64,000 nt of DNA from Minisyncoccia bacterium (lineage in GTDB: Bacteria; Patescibacteriota; Minisyncoccia; Phycocordibacterales; UBA5272). The DNA lies in assembly GCA_039809325.1 (NCBI GenBank), contig JBDHUS010000001.1, positions 391 through 64,390 of the forward strand, written 5' to 3'. Within the stretch, counting starts at the first letter, position 1. Each line of letters begins with the position of its first letter. Of the stretch, positions 28,354 through 38,056 are shown piece by piece. A program made the translations under genes and the position numbers. Below the pieces are notes generated by a model. It was not told where the DNA came from. It ran no database searches and saw only the letters and a program-made list of their open reading frames with translations.

Positions 28354-28962
28354 TTACACTTTTGCTTTTAATTCTGTGACCATATCCATATCCCCCAACT
28401 CTTTTCTTTCTTTATTTTCATTAACCATTACTATTAATCTTTCTACGAGCCTCTTTGGATTTGAATCAAAAATAACATTTGTATTTACTCTATTACTATT
28501 TCTAATAATGTCTCTTATAACTTCATCTGTAGTCCAAGGACCTTCTAAAATACCAAGTGGCATATTTGATTCAAAAGCTACTGTGAATTCATGTATAGTT
28601 CCTATTCTTCCACATCCCACTATCATAGCATGAGAGCTTTTTGTTAATAAAATATCTCTTAAAGGAAATCCAAAACCTGTATAAATTATGATATCAGAAT
28701 AATCAATTGGTAATAAATATAAATCCTTATGCTCTTTTAAATTTGCAGCTGGAGACAATCCTAAAGAAAAAATACCCTCAGCTTCCTTATAACCTTGAGC
28801 TGAAGCAAAAGGAAATCCGCTTGTTGCTCCTGTTGCTAAAACACAACCCTGTAGAGCTATTTCTCTACCTAATTCTTTTGCTATATTTATAACCTCTTTT
28901 CCACAATGTCCAACTTCAGCCGCTCCAGAAACTGAAATAACTATCTTCTTTTGAAAATTCAT
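28354..28962 (-). CDS. SLOG/LOG-like Rossmann-fold protein (TIGR00725-like); paralogue of the 35857 gene
   Basis: GCGRIGTIHEFTVA aligns with GGRIGTLSEFTIA in the 35857..36378 protein. Confidence 0.4.
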   Translation of the reverse strand: MNFQKKIVISVSGAAEVGHCGKEVINIAKELGREIALQGCVLATGATSGFPFASAQGYKEAEGIFSLGLSPAANLKEHKDLYLLPIDYSDIIIYTGFGFPLRDILLTKSSHAMIVGCGRIGTIHEFTVAFESNMPLGILEGPWTTDEVIRDIIRNSNRVNTNVIFDSNPKRLVERLIVMVNENKERKELGDMDMVTELKAKV

Positions 28963-28997
28963 ATTATTTTTTTAAATTAGATTAATTATAACATAAG

Positions 28998-30380
28998 TTA
29001 TAAATTAATCTCTATAACCTCGTCTAGTTTAGGAACTTTTACATCTAAATGATATTTTTCTATTAATTTTTGAGCCAGGAAATTTTGGCTTTTTGGTTCA
29101 CCTAAAACTACAAAAACTTTTTTTAAAGTATCTTTCATATTACTTATCCATTCTTGTATAGCATTTGAATCTTTATGAGCAGAAAAACCAGAAATTTGAA
29201 TTATTTCTGCTCTTATAGGAATTTTTTCTCCATTTATTTTGACCTCTTTCATACCGTCTTGTATTTTCCTTCCTAATGTTCCAGCTGCTTGATATCCTAC
29301 TAAGAGCAAAATATTATTGTGATGTGGTAAATATCTTGCTTCATGATGTACTATTCTTCCTCCATTACTCATTCCAGCTCCAGCTATTATAACCTTAGGA
29401 GCTTTAACACTATTTATCGCTTGTGATTCTTCTTTTGTTTTAGAAATTGTAAGCCCCGCAAAAGAAAATATATCATCCCCGCTATGAATAATTTCTTTTA
29501 CATTCTCATTAAAATCTTTCTCATACTTCTTATATACTTTTGTAATTGCTATACCTAAAGGTGAATCTAAAAATACTGGTATTAGAGGTATTTCTTTATT
29601 TTCTACCATATTATTAAATACATATATTAATTCTTGTGTCCTTTCTACAGAAAAAGCCGGTATCATTAAAGTTCCTTTTTTTGTTATTATTCTTTTAATC
29701 GTAGCCTTTAAGAGCTTTATTCTATCTTGAGAATCTTCATGATTTCTGTCCCCATAAACACTTTCAGTAATTAAATAATCTATGTCTTTTATAATCTCTG
29801 TTTCTTTTAAAAGAGGAGATGGAGAATTGCCTAAATCTCCCGTAAACATTATTTTTTTGCCTAAAATATTAAACACTATTAAACTACTTCCTAAAATATG
29901 TCCAGAATTATATAAGACTACTTCTATTTTTCCTATAGAAAGATCTCCTGTTTCTAAAAATATTTTTTCATGATATTTTATTGTTTCCCACAAACTCATT
30001 GTCCTCTCTACATCTTCCTCTTCAAAAATTGGAGAAAGATTATCTCTGAGTGCTTCTTTTGATAATATAGATACTGAATCTCTTAAAACAAATTCTCCAA
30101 TATCTTTAGTTGCAGGAGTCGATATTATAGTTCCACTAAAACCATCTTTTACTAGCTTAGGAATTCTTCCAACATGATCGAGATGGCCGTGTGAGACAAA
30201 AAGTAAATCAATTTTTTTAGGATCATATGAAAAATTTTCTCTATTTCTATTCTCAGAAACTTTTTCTCCTTGATATAGCCCGCAATCTATCATTATTTTT
30301 AATTTGCCAACTTGAAGAATAAAATTAGAGCCTGTAGCTGTACCTGCTCCTCCTGCGAATAATATTTTTATTTTAGACAT
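28998..30380 (-). CDS. MBL-fold beta-CASP family ribonuclease (RNase J/CPSF-like)
   Basis: HGHLDH motif, beta-CASP region and C-terminal RMMBL-like segment; 460 aa. Confidence 0.6.
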   Translation of the reverse strand: MSKIKILFAGGAGTATGSNFILQVGKLKIMIDCGLYQGEKVSENRNRENFSYDPKKIDLLFVSHGHLDHVGRIPKLVKDGFSGTIISTPATKDIGEFVLRDSVSILSKEALRDNLSPIFEEEDVERTMSLWETIKYHEKIFLETGDLSIGKIEVVLYNSGHILGSSLIVFNILGKKIMFTGDLGNSPSPLLKETEIIKDIDYLITESVYGDRNHEDSQDRIKLLKATIKRIITKKGTLMIPAFSVERTQELIYVFNNMVENKEIPLIPVFLDSPLGIAITKVYKKYEKDFNENVKEIIHSGDDIFSFAGLTISKTKEESQAINSVKAPKVIIAGAGMSNGGRIVHHEARYLPHHNNILLLVGYQAAGTLGRKIQDGMKEVKINGEKIPIRAEIIQISGFSAHKDSNAIQEWISNMKDTLKKVFVVLGEPKSQNFLAQKLIEKYHLDVKVPKLDEVIEINL

Positions 30381-30636
30381 AAAAATATTATAACATTAAT
30401 TAAAATAAAATCTCACAATTTAAATTGTAAGATTTTATTAGGTACTTAATTATATGTATCTACCTTTAAAAAAAATTTAAAGTGGGTAGAGAAAACTTGA
30501 GTCCACAGACATAAGTCAATATCTCATCACCCGTAAGATACTTATAAAGATAAATAATATGAATTAAGTACCTATTCATATTTTAACCTTTTTAATTTTT
30601 TATGCAAAATTGACTAATTTGTAATATTAATACAAA

Positions 30637-31251
30637 TTATTCTAAATGCCCATCCAGATCTATATCGTATAGCATTTTTTCTTGTATAGATTTCCATTTT
30701 ATAAGCTCATTTTCTTCAAACCAAACTGAAATTTCTCTTTCTGCCGCACCTTCTCCATCTGCTGGATCAGTACAATGAATTAAATTTCTTACAGCTCTTC
30801 CTCCGTCCGCGTCAGCTAAATAATAAGTATCAAGTGTATAATCTCCTCTTATCGTACCTGTGTCAGCTTTTGCTGGTTCAGTACCTCCTACCAATCTTTT
30901 AACGACTGTTTGGGCACTATTACCTTCTAAAACTAGAACAACAACAGGAGAACATATAAGATACTTTACTAAACCATTTAATATGTCTTGTCCGTACTCC
31001 TTAGCACTTTTTTCTATAGGTAGTCCCAAAACTTTTCTATTAGAAATAACATTTTTTTCGCCTTTTTCAATAAGCCAAGCATCATCCTTATTATAATGAG
31101 CTAAAGCTTGTTCTTCACTGGCCAATATCATTTTCATGCCTATAATTTTTAAACCTATTTTTTCAAATCTTTGTATTATATTGCCTACAAGACCTCTTTG
31201 TACTGAGTCTGGTTTTAAAATAATAAAAGTTCTTTCTTTTTTTGGATGCAT
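30637..31251 (-). CDS. ndk: nucleoside diphosphate kinase (extended form)
   Basis: ERTFIILKPDSVQRGLVG and NLIHCTD (NxxHgSD-type active-site region). Confidence 0.8.
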   Translation of the reverse strand: MHPKKERTFIILKPDSVQRGLVGNIIQRFEKIGLKIIGMKMILASEEQALAHYNKDDAWLIEKGEKNVISNRKVLGLPIEKSAKEYGQDILNGLVKYLICSPVVVLVLEGNSAQTVVKRLVGGTEPAKADTGTIRGDYTLDTYYLADADGGRAVRNLIHCTDPADGEGAAEREISVWFEENELIKWKSIQEKMLYDIDLDGHLE

Positions 31252-31311
31252 ATAAATTTAATTTTAAAATAATAAGACTATAATAACATAGAAAAGAAAA
31301 AATGAAAATAA

Positions 31312-31968
31312 TTACTTAATTTTTATTTCTGGCTTGAATATTGATGACACAGTAAAGGTTGCAGTAAATATATCTAGATTATAAGCCCCATATTTAACCT
31401 CTATATCTTGACTATCATTACAGTCGTTAATATATAGAAGTGGATTTCTATTCATATTTTTTGCTCCTAATGTATAGTCCCCCGCCTTTTCTAAAATAAA
31501 AGAATTTACCCAATTACTACTAATAAATTGAATGTCTTTATTCCCATCATTATATGTATATGCTTCTAAATTTGAAACTAACATATTTGCTGGAATAGTT
31601 TTATTGTATTTTGCTGGACAAATCACAGAAATATCTGTAGAGTTAAATAATGGAACAATCTCTTCTCCTTTCATATATTCCTTTTTCTTTGTATTGAACG
31701 TTATAATATGTGATAAAGTTAAAGTATTATTATCACCACCTGTCCAATTTGTTCTAGGAGAACAAATTTCTCCTGAAGTTCCTGGTGGACATCCTCCCTC
31801 TAAATATACTTTACTTATAGTAGTGCAGTCTACTCTTGGTAGCATTTCACTTATAGGATTTACACATCCTATATCTCTATAGGTAATATATTCAGTGAGA
31901 GCTGAAGAGTTATTAATAAGTATAAAACTTATAAAAGTAAAAAGTATATATAATTTTATTTTTTTCAT
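31312..31968 (-). CDS. hypothetical secreted Cys-containing protein
   Basis: Signal peptide and 9 Cys; no recognisable domain. Confidence 0.3.
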   Translation of the reverse strand: MKKIKLYILFTFISFILINNSSALTEYITYRDIGCVNPISEMLPRVDCTTISKVYLEGGCPPGTSGEICSPRTNWTGGDNNTLTLSHIITFNTKKKEYMKGEEIVPLFNSTDISVICPAKYNKTIPANMLVSNLEAYTYNDGNKDIQFISSNWVNSFILEKAGDYTLGAKNMNRNPLLYINDCNDSQDIEVKYGAYNLDIFTATFTVSSIFKPEIKIK

Positions 31969-32003
31969 ATAAATAAATTATATCATGTTATTTTTCAGAA
32001 AAT

Positions 32004-32036
32004 AAAAACCTCTGTATTTTATACAGAGGTTTTTAT
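32004..32036 (-). terminator. hairpin terminator downstream of rpsR
   Basis: AAAACCTCTGTA-TTTTAT-ACAGAGGTTTT. Confidence 0.5.
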
Positions 32037-32243
32037 TTATCTTGAGATATAAGGCATAAGACCTATAAATCTTGCTCTTTTAATAGCGTTAGATAAAGCC
32101 CTTTGATTTTTAGCGGACAAATTAGTCTTTCTACGATTCAAAATCCTACCATTAGGATTTATAAATTTTTGAAGCAAATCTATAGCTTTATAATCTACTT
32201 TAATATTATTTTCTTTGAAATAATCTTGTCTTTTATTCTTCAT
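32037..32243 (-). CDS. rpsR: 30S ribosomal protein S18
   Basis: 68 aa; DYKAIDLLQKFINPNGRILNRRKTNLSAKNQRALSNAIKRARFIGLMPY. Confidence 0.9.
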   Translation of the reverse strand: MKNKRQDYFKENNIKVDYKAIDLLQKFINPNGRILNRRKTNLSAKNQRALSNAIKRARFIGLMPYISR

Positions 32244-32264
32244 AATTTTCTAATTAGTTAATAT

Positions 32265-32720
32265 TTAAAAAGGAATGTCGTCTGGATTTATATCGATATC
32301 GCCATAATCAATGGTATCAAATTCATCTTCTTTTAAAACAGATTCTTTTTCTGTTGTATTAGTAGTAGAAGTATTAAAATCTCCTGATTTTGTAGTTGGA
32401 CCAAATTGAAAATTCTCTGCTACAATTTCAGTACGATACTTCTTACCTCCACCATTCTGATCTTCCCAACTTCTAGTCTGGATTCTTCCTTCTATATACA
32501 CAGGTTTTCCTTTTTTAAGCCACTGAGCAAAAACTTCAGCTAATTTACCGAAAGCTACCACATTATGAAACTCCGCTACTTCTTTTTTTGTACCACTTTG
32601 ATCTTTGTAAGATCTATTTGTAGCTAATCCAAAAGAGATTACTTTATTTCCATTTGGAAGACTTTTTAAATCTGGATCGCTAGTGAGATTACCATATAAC
32701 ATTACCTTATTTAAATACAT
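32265..32720 (-). CDS. ssb: single-stranded DNA-binding protein
   Basis: OB-fold with NKVMLYGNLTSDPDL and the C-terminal DDIPF tail. Confidence 0.9.
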   Translation of the reverse strand: MYLNKVMLYGNLTSDPDLKSLPNGNKVISFGLATNRSYKDQSGTKKEVAEFHNVVAFGKLAEVFAQWLKKGKPVYIEGRIQTRSWEDQNGGGKKYRTEIVAENFQFGPTTKSGDFNTSTTNTTEKESVLKEDEFDTIDYGDIDINPDDIPF

Positions 32721-32804
32721 ATTTTTATATTTATTTATATTTATTAATATTTATCGATTCTTGAGATAATACAATTATATCACAAAAATAGCATAATTAT
32801 ATTT

Positions 32805-33329
32805 TTATAAATCTTGTATTTCTTCTTCAAGATCTTTTTTCACCTCTTCGTCAAGATCTTCTTCTTTATCATCTTGATTTGTTGTGTCGATATCAGAATT
32901 AATGCTTAAAACATCATCTTTTTGAGAAGGTGCTATAGTAGGGTCTGCTTTCATCACTGGTATATCTTTGGTGAAAATATTATCTTCTTTTGTTGTTTTA
33001 ACAATTAAAAATCTAATAATCTCTTCATCTAATTTAAGTCTTTTATTTATTTCTTCTATAAAAGAAGGAGCTATTTCGAATTTAATCCACCCAAAATAAC
33101 CTTCTGTAAATCTTGTATTTACATTATTCACTACTCTAATCATCTCATAAGATAGCTCACGCATGTATGGAGTTTCTTCTGAAATGAAGCTTCCTTCGAA
33201 GGAAGCGATATCTTTTTTTAGGCTTTCAGCTTTATCTAAAGCTTTTTCCTCTGTTAAACGATTGTCAAAAATAAATGATATTTCATATATTTTTTTCTCG
33301 TCTGACATCATGGATTCATTTTCATTCAT
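32805..33329 (-). CDS. rpsF: 30S ribosomal protein S6 with an acidic C-terminal tail (true start may be the internal Met)
   Basis: YEISFIF...RELSYEM...IRFLIVK pattern in the rpsF-ssb-rpsR operon. Confidence 0.8.
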   Translation of the reverse strand: MNENESMMSDEKKIYEISFIFDNRLTEEKALDKAESLKKDIASFEGSFISEETPYMRELSYEMIRVVNNVNTRFTEGYFGWIKFEIAPSFIEEINKRLKLDEEIIRFLIVKTTKEDNIFTKDIPVMKADPTIAPSQKDDVLSINSDIDTTNQDDKEEDLDEEVKKDLEEEIQDL

Positions 33330-33381
33330 ATTTTTATTTTTAAATAACTAATAATATATCTATTATAACACAAAAAAACTT

Positions 33382-34254
33382 TTATTTCAAGAAGCTATTT
33401 TTAAAATTATCTTTCAAAATATTTTTAAATTCTTCCCTATTTTCAATTTCTTTTATTTCACAAATTTTATTAAAAACATCAACTACAAAGCTAGGCTCAT
33501 TTCTTTTAGCTTCTTTCCTGCGAGATTTTGGCATGACAAATGGGGAGTCTGTCTCGATGTGAATTTTATCAAGCGGGATACTTTTTATCATTTCATTATA
33601 TTCATCAGTAAAAGTACAAACTGCTGGTATTGAAACTGTAAAATTTGGAAGACTATTTAAAATATTTTCTACGACATTTTTTGTCCCAACAAAAAAGTGA
33701 AAATTGCCTTTTGCTTCTTTGTATTCTTTTAAAATTTCTATACCATCCAAATATGCATCTTCTTTATTATCATTCACCTCACTTGGGCGAATGTGTAGCA
33801 TGAGAGGAATATTCAATTCTAAAGCTAATTTAATTTGCTCTCTAAAGACTTTTTTCTGCTTTTCTATTTCACTTTCTAATTCTTCTTTTGTGATTTTACT
33901 TGCTTCAAGATCTTTATATAAATAAAAATAATCAAGGCCACACTCTCCTATACAAAGACATTTTTCTCCAAAAAGATTTTTTAATTTTGAAAAATATTCT
34001 TTACTATTTTCTGAAGCAAAATTAAATTCTTCTTTATTGTCTGCTGGATGAAGACCAATACTATAAAAAATATTTCGATTTTCCTCTGACAACTTCTTTG
34101 CCAATTCTGACTCTTTAAAAGCTGTCCCGATACAAATTGTTACGATTCCCGCGTCATTCATTCTTTTTATAGTTTCTTCTCTCTCATTGTCATATCCGTC
34201 AAATTGCAGATGAGAATGAATATCAATGTATTCTATTTTAGATAAATCAATCAT
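33382..34254 (-). CDS. tatD: TatD-family metal-dependent hydrolase/DNase (start moved to MIDLSK)
   Basis: IDIHSHL, GLHPADN, IGECGLDY and MLHIRP motifs. Confidence 0.75.
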   Translation of the reverse strand: MIDLSKIEYIDIHSHLQFDGYDNEREETIKRMNDAGIVTICIGTAFKESELAKKLSEENRNIFYSIGLHPADNKEEFNFASENSKEYFSKLKNLFGEKCLCIGECGLDYFYLYKDLEASKITKEELESEIEKQKKVFREQIKLALELNIPLMLHIRPSEVNDNKEDAYLDGIEILKEYKEAKGNFHFFVGTKNVVENILNSLPNFTVSIPAVCTFTDEYNEMIKSIPLDKIHIETDSPFVMPKSRRKEAKRNEPSFVVDVFNKICEIKEIENREEFKNILKDNFKNSFLK

Positions 34255-34255
34255 A

Positions 34256-35749
34256 TTAAACTCTAGCAAAAAGTGGCTTTTCTGGCATTTTGTTTTCTTT
34301 TACAAGTTCATATATTTTCATACTAGTTTTAGGCATAAAGAAATATAAGTGGTGAGATATAAATAATAAATCGATAATACATTTTTTTAAAATCTCTTTT
34401 CCATCTACTATTTCTTTTTGATTTTCACTTTTTAAAAGTTTAAATGGTGCAGTTTCTTGAATATATTCATCTAGCTTTTTTTGTTTATCTGTCACAAAAT
34501 GAATTGCTTCATTTAATTTAAAATTATTTAGATAATTTTTATAATTTTCATTTAAATTAATTTTTTCTACTTCTTCTATTATTTTAGAAATTTCTAGCTC
34601 ATTTAAATATTGATTTGATAATTTCATTATACGATTTACTTGGTTACCAAGTCCATTTTGTAAAAAAATAATATATGAATTTTTAATTGATTCATGAGTA
34701 ATGTCACTATCTTCAAAATTTGATACTTCATGAGTAAGTACAAATCGCAGTACTTCTTCTGGGTATTCTGCTACTTCTTTATAATTATTAATAACTTCAA
34801 AAGGGCTTATCACATTTCCAATACTCTTACTCATTTTCTGTCCTCCTGAAATTATAAAACCATTAATAATAATATTTGTAGAATTTGGAATGTCTGCTGC
34901 CATTAGCATGGCTTGCCAAATTGCTGACTGATATCTAAGATTGTCCTTACCGCAATATTGTACCACTTCCCTTTTATCATTCTCTTTTTGGACCCAAAAC
35001 TTTTCAAAATTTTCTCCGTTTGGCCAAGATAAAGTTGAAATATAATTTGTAAGAGCGTCAAACCAAACATACATTACATGTTCCTCATCATCTGGCACTG
35101 GTATACCCCAACTCATTTTGGAAGCAAGACGAGAAATGGAAAAATCTTGTAAACCATTTTTTACAAAATTTTTAATCTCATTAAATCTAAAATCAGGAAT
35201 AACAAAATTAGGATTTTCTTCGTAAAATTTTAAAAGTCTTTCTTCTAACTTTGAAAAAGCAAAAAAATAATTTTCCTCTTCTCTTATTTCTATTTTTCTA
35301 TTTGAATGTATAGCACAATCTCCATTTTCATCAAGTTCATTATCTTGCTTTTCTGATTCACAACCAACACAATATTTCATTTTATAATTTTTTTTATAGA
35401 TAAAACCATTTTCTTTTACTCTTCTCCATATCTCTTGAGCTGCTTCTATATGTTTTTTTTCTGTTGTACGAATAAAAGTATTATTAGAAATATTTAAAAG
35501 TTCCAATGCTTCAATAAATTTTTGAGCATTTCGATCAACATACTTTTGTGTATCTATATCCTCTTCTTTTGCGGCCTCAAAAAGTTTTTGACCATGCTCA
35601 TCGGTACCGGTATTGAAAAATACATTATATCCCTCGCTTCTTTTATATCTTACAACAACATCCGCTCTCACAATTTCAAGAGCAAAGCCAATATGTGGAT
35701 TTGCATTCACATATGGAAGAGTGGTTGTTAAATAAAAATTCTTATTCAT
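34256..35749 (-). CDS. metG: methionine--tRNA ligase
   Basis: P-Y-V-N-A-N-P-H-I-G (HIGH region) and KMSKS (GQKMSKSIGN). Confidence 0.9.
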   Translation of the reverse strand: MNKNFYLTTTLPYVNANPHIGFALEIVRADVVVRYKRSEGYNVFFNTGTDEHGQKLFEAAKEEDIDTQKYVDRNAQKFIEALELLNISNNTFIRTTEKKHIEAAQEIWRRVKENGFIYKKNYKMKYCVGCESEKQDNELDENGDCAIHSNRKIEIREEENYFFAFSKLEERLLKFYEENPNFVIPDFRFNEIKNFVKNGLQDFSISRLASKMSWGIPVPDDEEHVMYVWFDALTNYISTLSWPNGENFEKFWVQKENDKREVVQYCGKDNLRYQSAIWQAMLMAADIPNSTNIIINGFIISGGQKMSKSIGNVISPFEVINNYKEVAEYPEEVLRFVLTHEVSNFEDSDITHESIKNSYIIFLQNGLGNQVNRIMKLSNQYLNELEISKIIEEVEKINLNENYKNYLNNFKLNEAIHFVTDKQKKLDEYIQETAPFKLLKSENQKEIVDGKEILKKCIIDLLFISHHLYFFMPKTSMKIYELVKENKMPEKPLFARV

Positions 35750-35814
35750 AGTATTAAATTAAGTCTAATATATCACGAAAGAGATTTTGGAAAAAGGGAG
35801 AAAGATACAGAAAA

Positions 35815-35851
35815 TACTGGGCGACACCTTCGGTGTCGCCCAGTATTTTTT
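35815..35851 (-). terminator. GC-rich hairpin terminator (ACTGGGCGACACC-TTCG-GTGTCGCCCAGT)
   Basis: Seen directly in the sequence. Confidence 0.55.
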
Positions 35852-35856
35852 GTATT

Positions 35857-36378
35857 CTATTCCCCCACCATCTCCACCAACCTATCTATTCCCTTTTTAT
35901 AGTCTTTTTCAAAGATTATTTGATTTGGAAATTCTTTATTTGCAACTTGCAATATATACTCTAAATGATCTGCAATACCTCCAGAATCTTTTATAACCAA
36001 AACTTTTTTACCTTCTTCTAAAGCAATAGTAAATTCTGATAAAGTTCCGATTCTTCCACCAATTAGAATAATAGCATCAGAATCTTCTATCATTTTTAAA
36101 CTTCTTGCAGTAAAGCCTTGTATAAATTTCATTTCAGAGAAGTATTTAGAGTTTAAGTTATCATTTTGTAGATTATGACTATCTTCATCAATGTCAGGAG
36201 AATAAGCGATAATATTTTTACTATTACAACTTTTTACAATAAGTCCAGGAATACCATCACACCCACCTGTTAGAATAGAAATATCTTTTTCTTCCAAATA
36301 TTTACCCACACCACCGCAAAGACTTACAAGATTTTTATCTTTGGTAGTTTCTGCTGAACCGATAATTGCTATTTTCAT
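35857..36378 (-). CDS. SLOG/LOG-like Rossmann-fold protein (TIGR00725-like)
   Basis: MKIAIIGSAE...GGRIGTLSEFTIALEEGK. Confidence 0.4.
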   Translation of the reverse strand: MKIAIIGSAETTKDKNLVSLCGGVGKYLEEKDISILTGGCDGIPGLIVKSCNSKNIIAYSPDIDEDSHNLQNDNLNSKYFSEMKFIQGFTARSLKMIEDSDAIILIGGRIGTLSEFTIALEEGKKVLVIKDSGGIADHLEYILQVANKEFPNQIIFEKDYKKGIDRLVEMVGE

Positions 36379-36380
36379 AA

Positions 36381-37061
36381 TTATTTTTTACGAGCTTTGA
36401 TGATGAAATAACCAGGATATTTATTTTGATTAATTTGTTCTGAGGCAGGATCCCAAGATTCTCTAAAATCTATCAGCTCAAATCTTTCAAAGAAAGATTT
36501 ATTTAAGTATTCATTCATAGTATGAGTTGGCTCTTGCAATTCTACTGTACCATCAAGAATTAAACAATTAACTATTTTTTGTTTAAAATAATCTCCATTA
36601 TTTTCTTTTCTCTCTATAAATTGTCTAAGTGGGTGTGTTACTAAATAAATAAATTCTCCACCCTGTTTTAAAACTCTATATACCTCATCAAATATAGGCT
36701 GGATATTTTTAGAAGTCATTAGAGCATATTTAGAATAAACACTATCAAATGAACTATTTTCAAAAGGTAGATTTTCTGCTAAACAGTTAACATATTCAAT
36801 ATTTGGATATTTCTTTTTGGCTATTTCCAATAATCCTTCTGATGAATCTATACCTACAACTTCACCACCTAAAAATCTATAATATTCCGCATCTATACCG
36901 TCTCCACATCCAACATCTAATACTTTTTTATCCTTTAACGATCCTTCTAAAGTTTTGTAGAAATCATATTTAGATATATGATTATTATCTTTAAGACTAG
37001 TTTCTTTCTCAAATAAGTTAGCTATGGAATTATATTGTTTATCTAAATTATTTATTTTCAT
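36381..37061 (-). CDS. class I SAM-dependent methyltransferase
   Basis: VLDVGCGDGID motif I plus a Methyltransf_11-like core. Confidence 0.7.
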   Translation of the reverse strand: MKINNLDKQYNSIANLFEKETSLKDNNHISKYDFYKTLEGSLKDKKVLDVGCGDGIDAEYYRFLGGEVVGIDSSEGLLEIAKKKYPNIEYVNCLAENLPFENSSFDSVYSKYALMTSKNIQPIFDEVYRVLKQGGEFIYLVTHPLRQFIERKENNGDYFKQKIVNCLILDGTVELQEPTHTMNEYLNKSFFERFELIDFRESWDPASEQINQNKYPGYFIIKARKK

Positions 37062-37170
37062 ATTTTTATTTATATAAAGATTCTACATAAAAAGTATTGA
37101 CATATCAATAAAATATGTCTTTATATAGTCATTTTTAACTAAAAAGTTAAAAATGTGATATAATTAAAAA

Positions 37171-38016
37171 ATGATTTTTTCTGAAAAACCTACAGTAAAA
37201 GATATTGTAATAATGGAATTATTACAATCCGCAAGAAATGCGGAAGACTTAAGAAACTTATTAAAAAATGAGTATAATAAGAATTTAACTATATTTGGTG
37301 TATATAAAATTTTGAGAGAACTTAAAAAAGAGTATTTAGTAATAAAAACAGAAAAAATATATAGTATTTCTGAGGAATGGAAAACTAAATTGTATAAAAA
37401 TATTAAAAGTAGCCATGAAGAAAATAGTTTGTTAAATATAGAAGATGGTGAAAAAATAGAATTTAAATTTACTTCCCTTTCTGGTTTAGACTATCAGTGG
37501 AAAAATATAATGTTATACATAAAATCAATTAATCCAAAATATCCTATTTTCTTTCAAATGGAACATCAATTTTGGACAATGTTGAATGATAATAGAAAGA
37601 AAAGTGAGTATGAGTATATACAATCTTTTAATAAAGAAAAAAGTTTTGCTTTTTATTCAGTAGGAGGAAATACAAAATTTGATAAATCGTTTAAAAAAGA
37701 TTTTTCTAATGAATATATAAAAATAAATACAGGTGAAGAATTATTGAATAACAATAATAAGCAAATTAGTATATATGATGAATATATAATATTTACAATT
37801 ATACCTGAATTAGAAGCAAAAAAAATAAACAATTTATTTGAATCAGTTGAGAAGGTAGAAGATTTACAGAAAAGTATAGAAAATCTACACATAGAGAAAA
37901 GAAATATAAAATTGGTAGTTGAAAGAAATAAAAAGAAAGCTAAAATACTTCGTAAGAAATTATCAAAGAATTTTTACATTCCAAAAGATTTGATAGAGAA
38001 GTATGAGTTATTTTAA
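37171..38016 (+). CDS. hypothetical protein, possibly with an N-terminal winged helix
   Basis: 281 aa; preceded by an extended -10 element (TGATATAAT at about 37151). Confidence 0.3.
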   Translation: MIFSEKPTVKDIVIMELLQSARNAEDLRNLLKNEYNKNLTIFGVYKILRELKKEYLVIKTEKIYSISEEWKTKLYKNIKSSHEENSLLNIEDGEKIEFKFTSLSGLDYQWKNIMLYIKSINPKYPIFFQMEHQFWTMLNDNRKKSEYEYIQSFNKEKSFAFYSVGGNTKFDKSFKKDFSNEYIKINTGEELLNNNNKQISIYDEYIIFTIIPELEAKKINNLFESVEKVEDLQKSIENLHIEKRNIKLVVERNKKKAKILRKKLSKNFYIPKDLIEKYELF

Positions 38017-38018
38017 AA

Positions 38019-38056
38019 ATTCAGGGCGATGCCTTTGGCATCGCCCTGAATTTTTC
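38019..38056. terminator. GC-rich hairpin terminator (TTCAGGGCGATGCC-TTT-GGCATCGCCCTGAA)
   Basis: Seen directly in the sequence, between convergent genes. Confidence 0.6.

Noticed and set aside
35750-35860. T-box leader upstream of metG
   Set aside because: The GGTGG-containing segment lies inside the 3' end of the SLOG gene and lacks the ACCGCG element. Only the ileS leader matches the T-box pattern.
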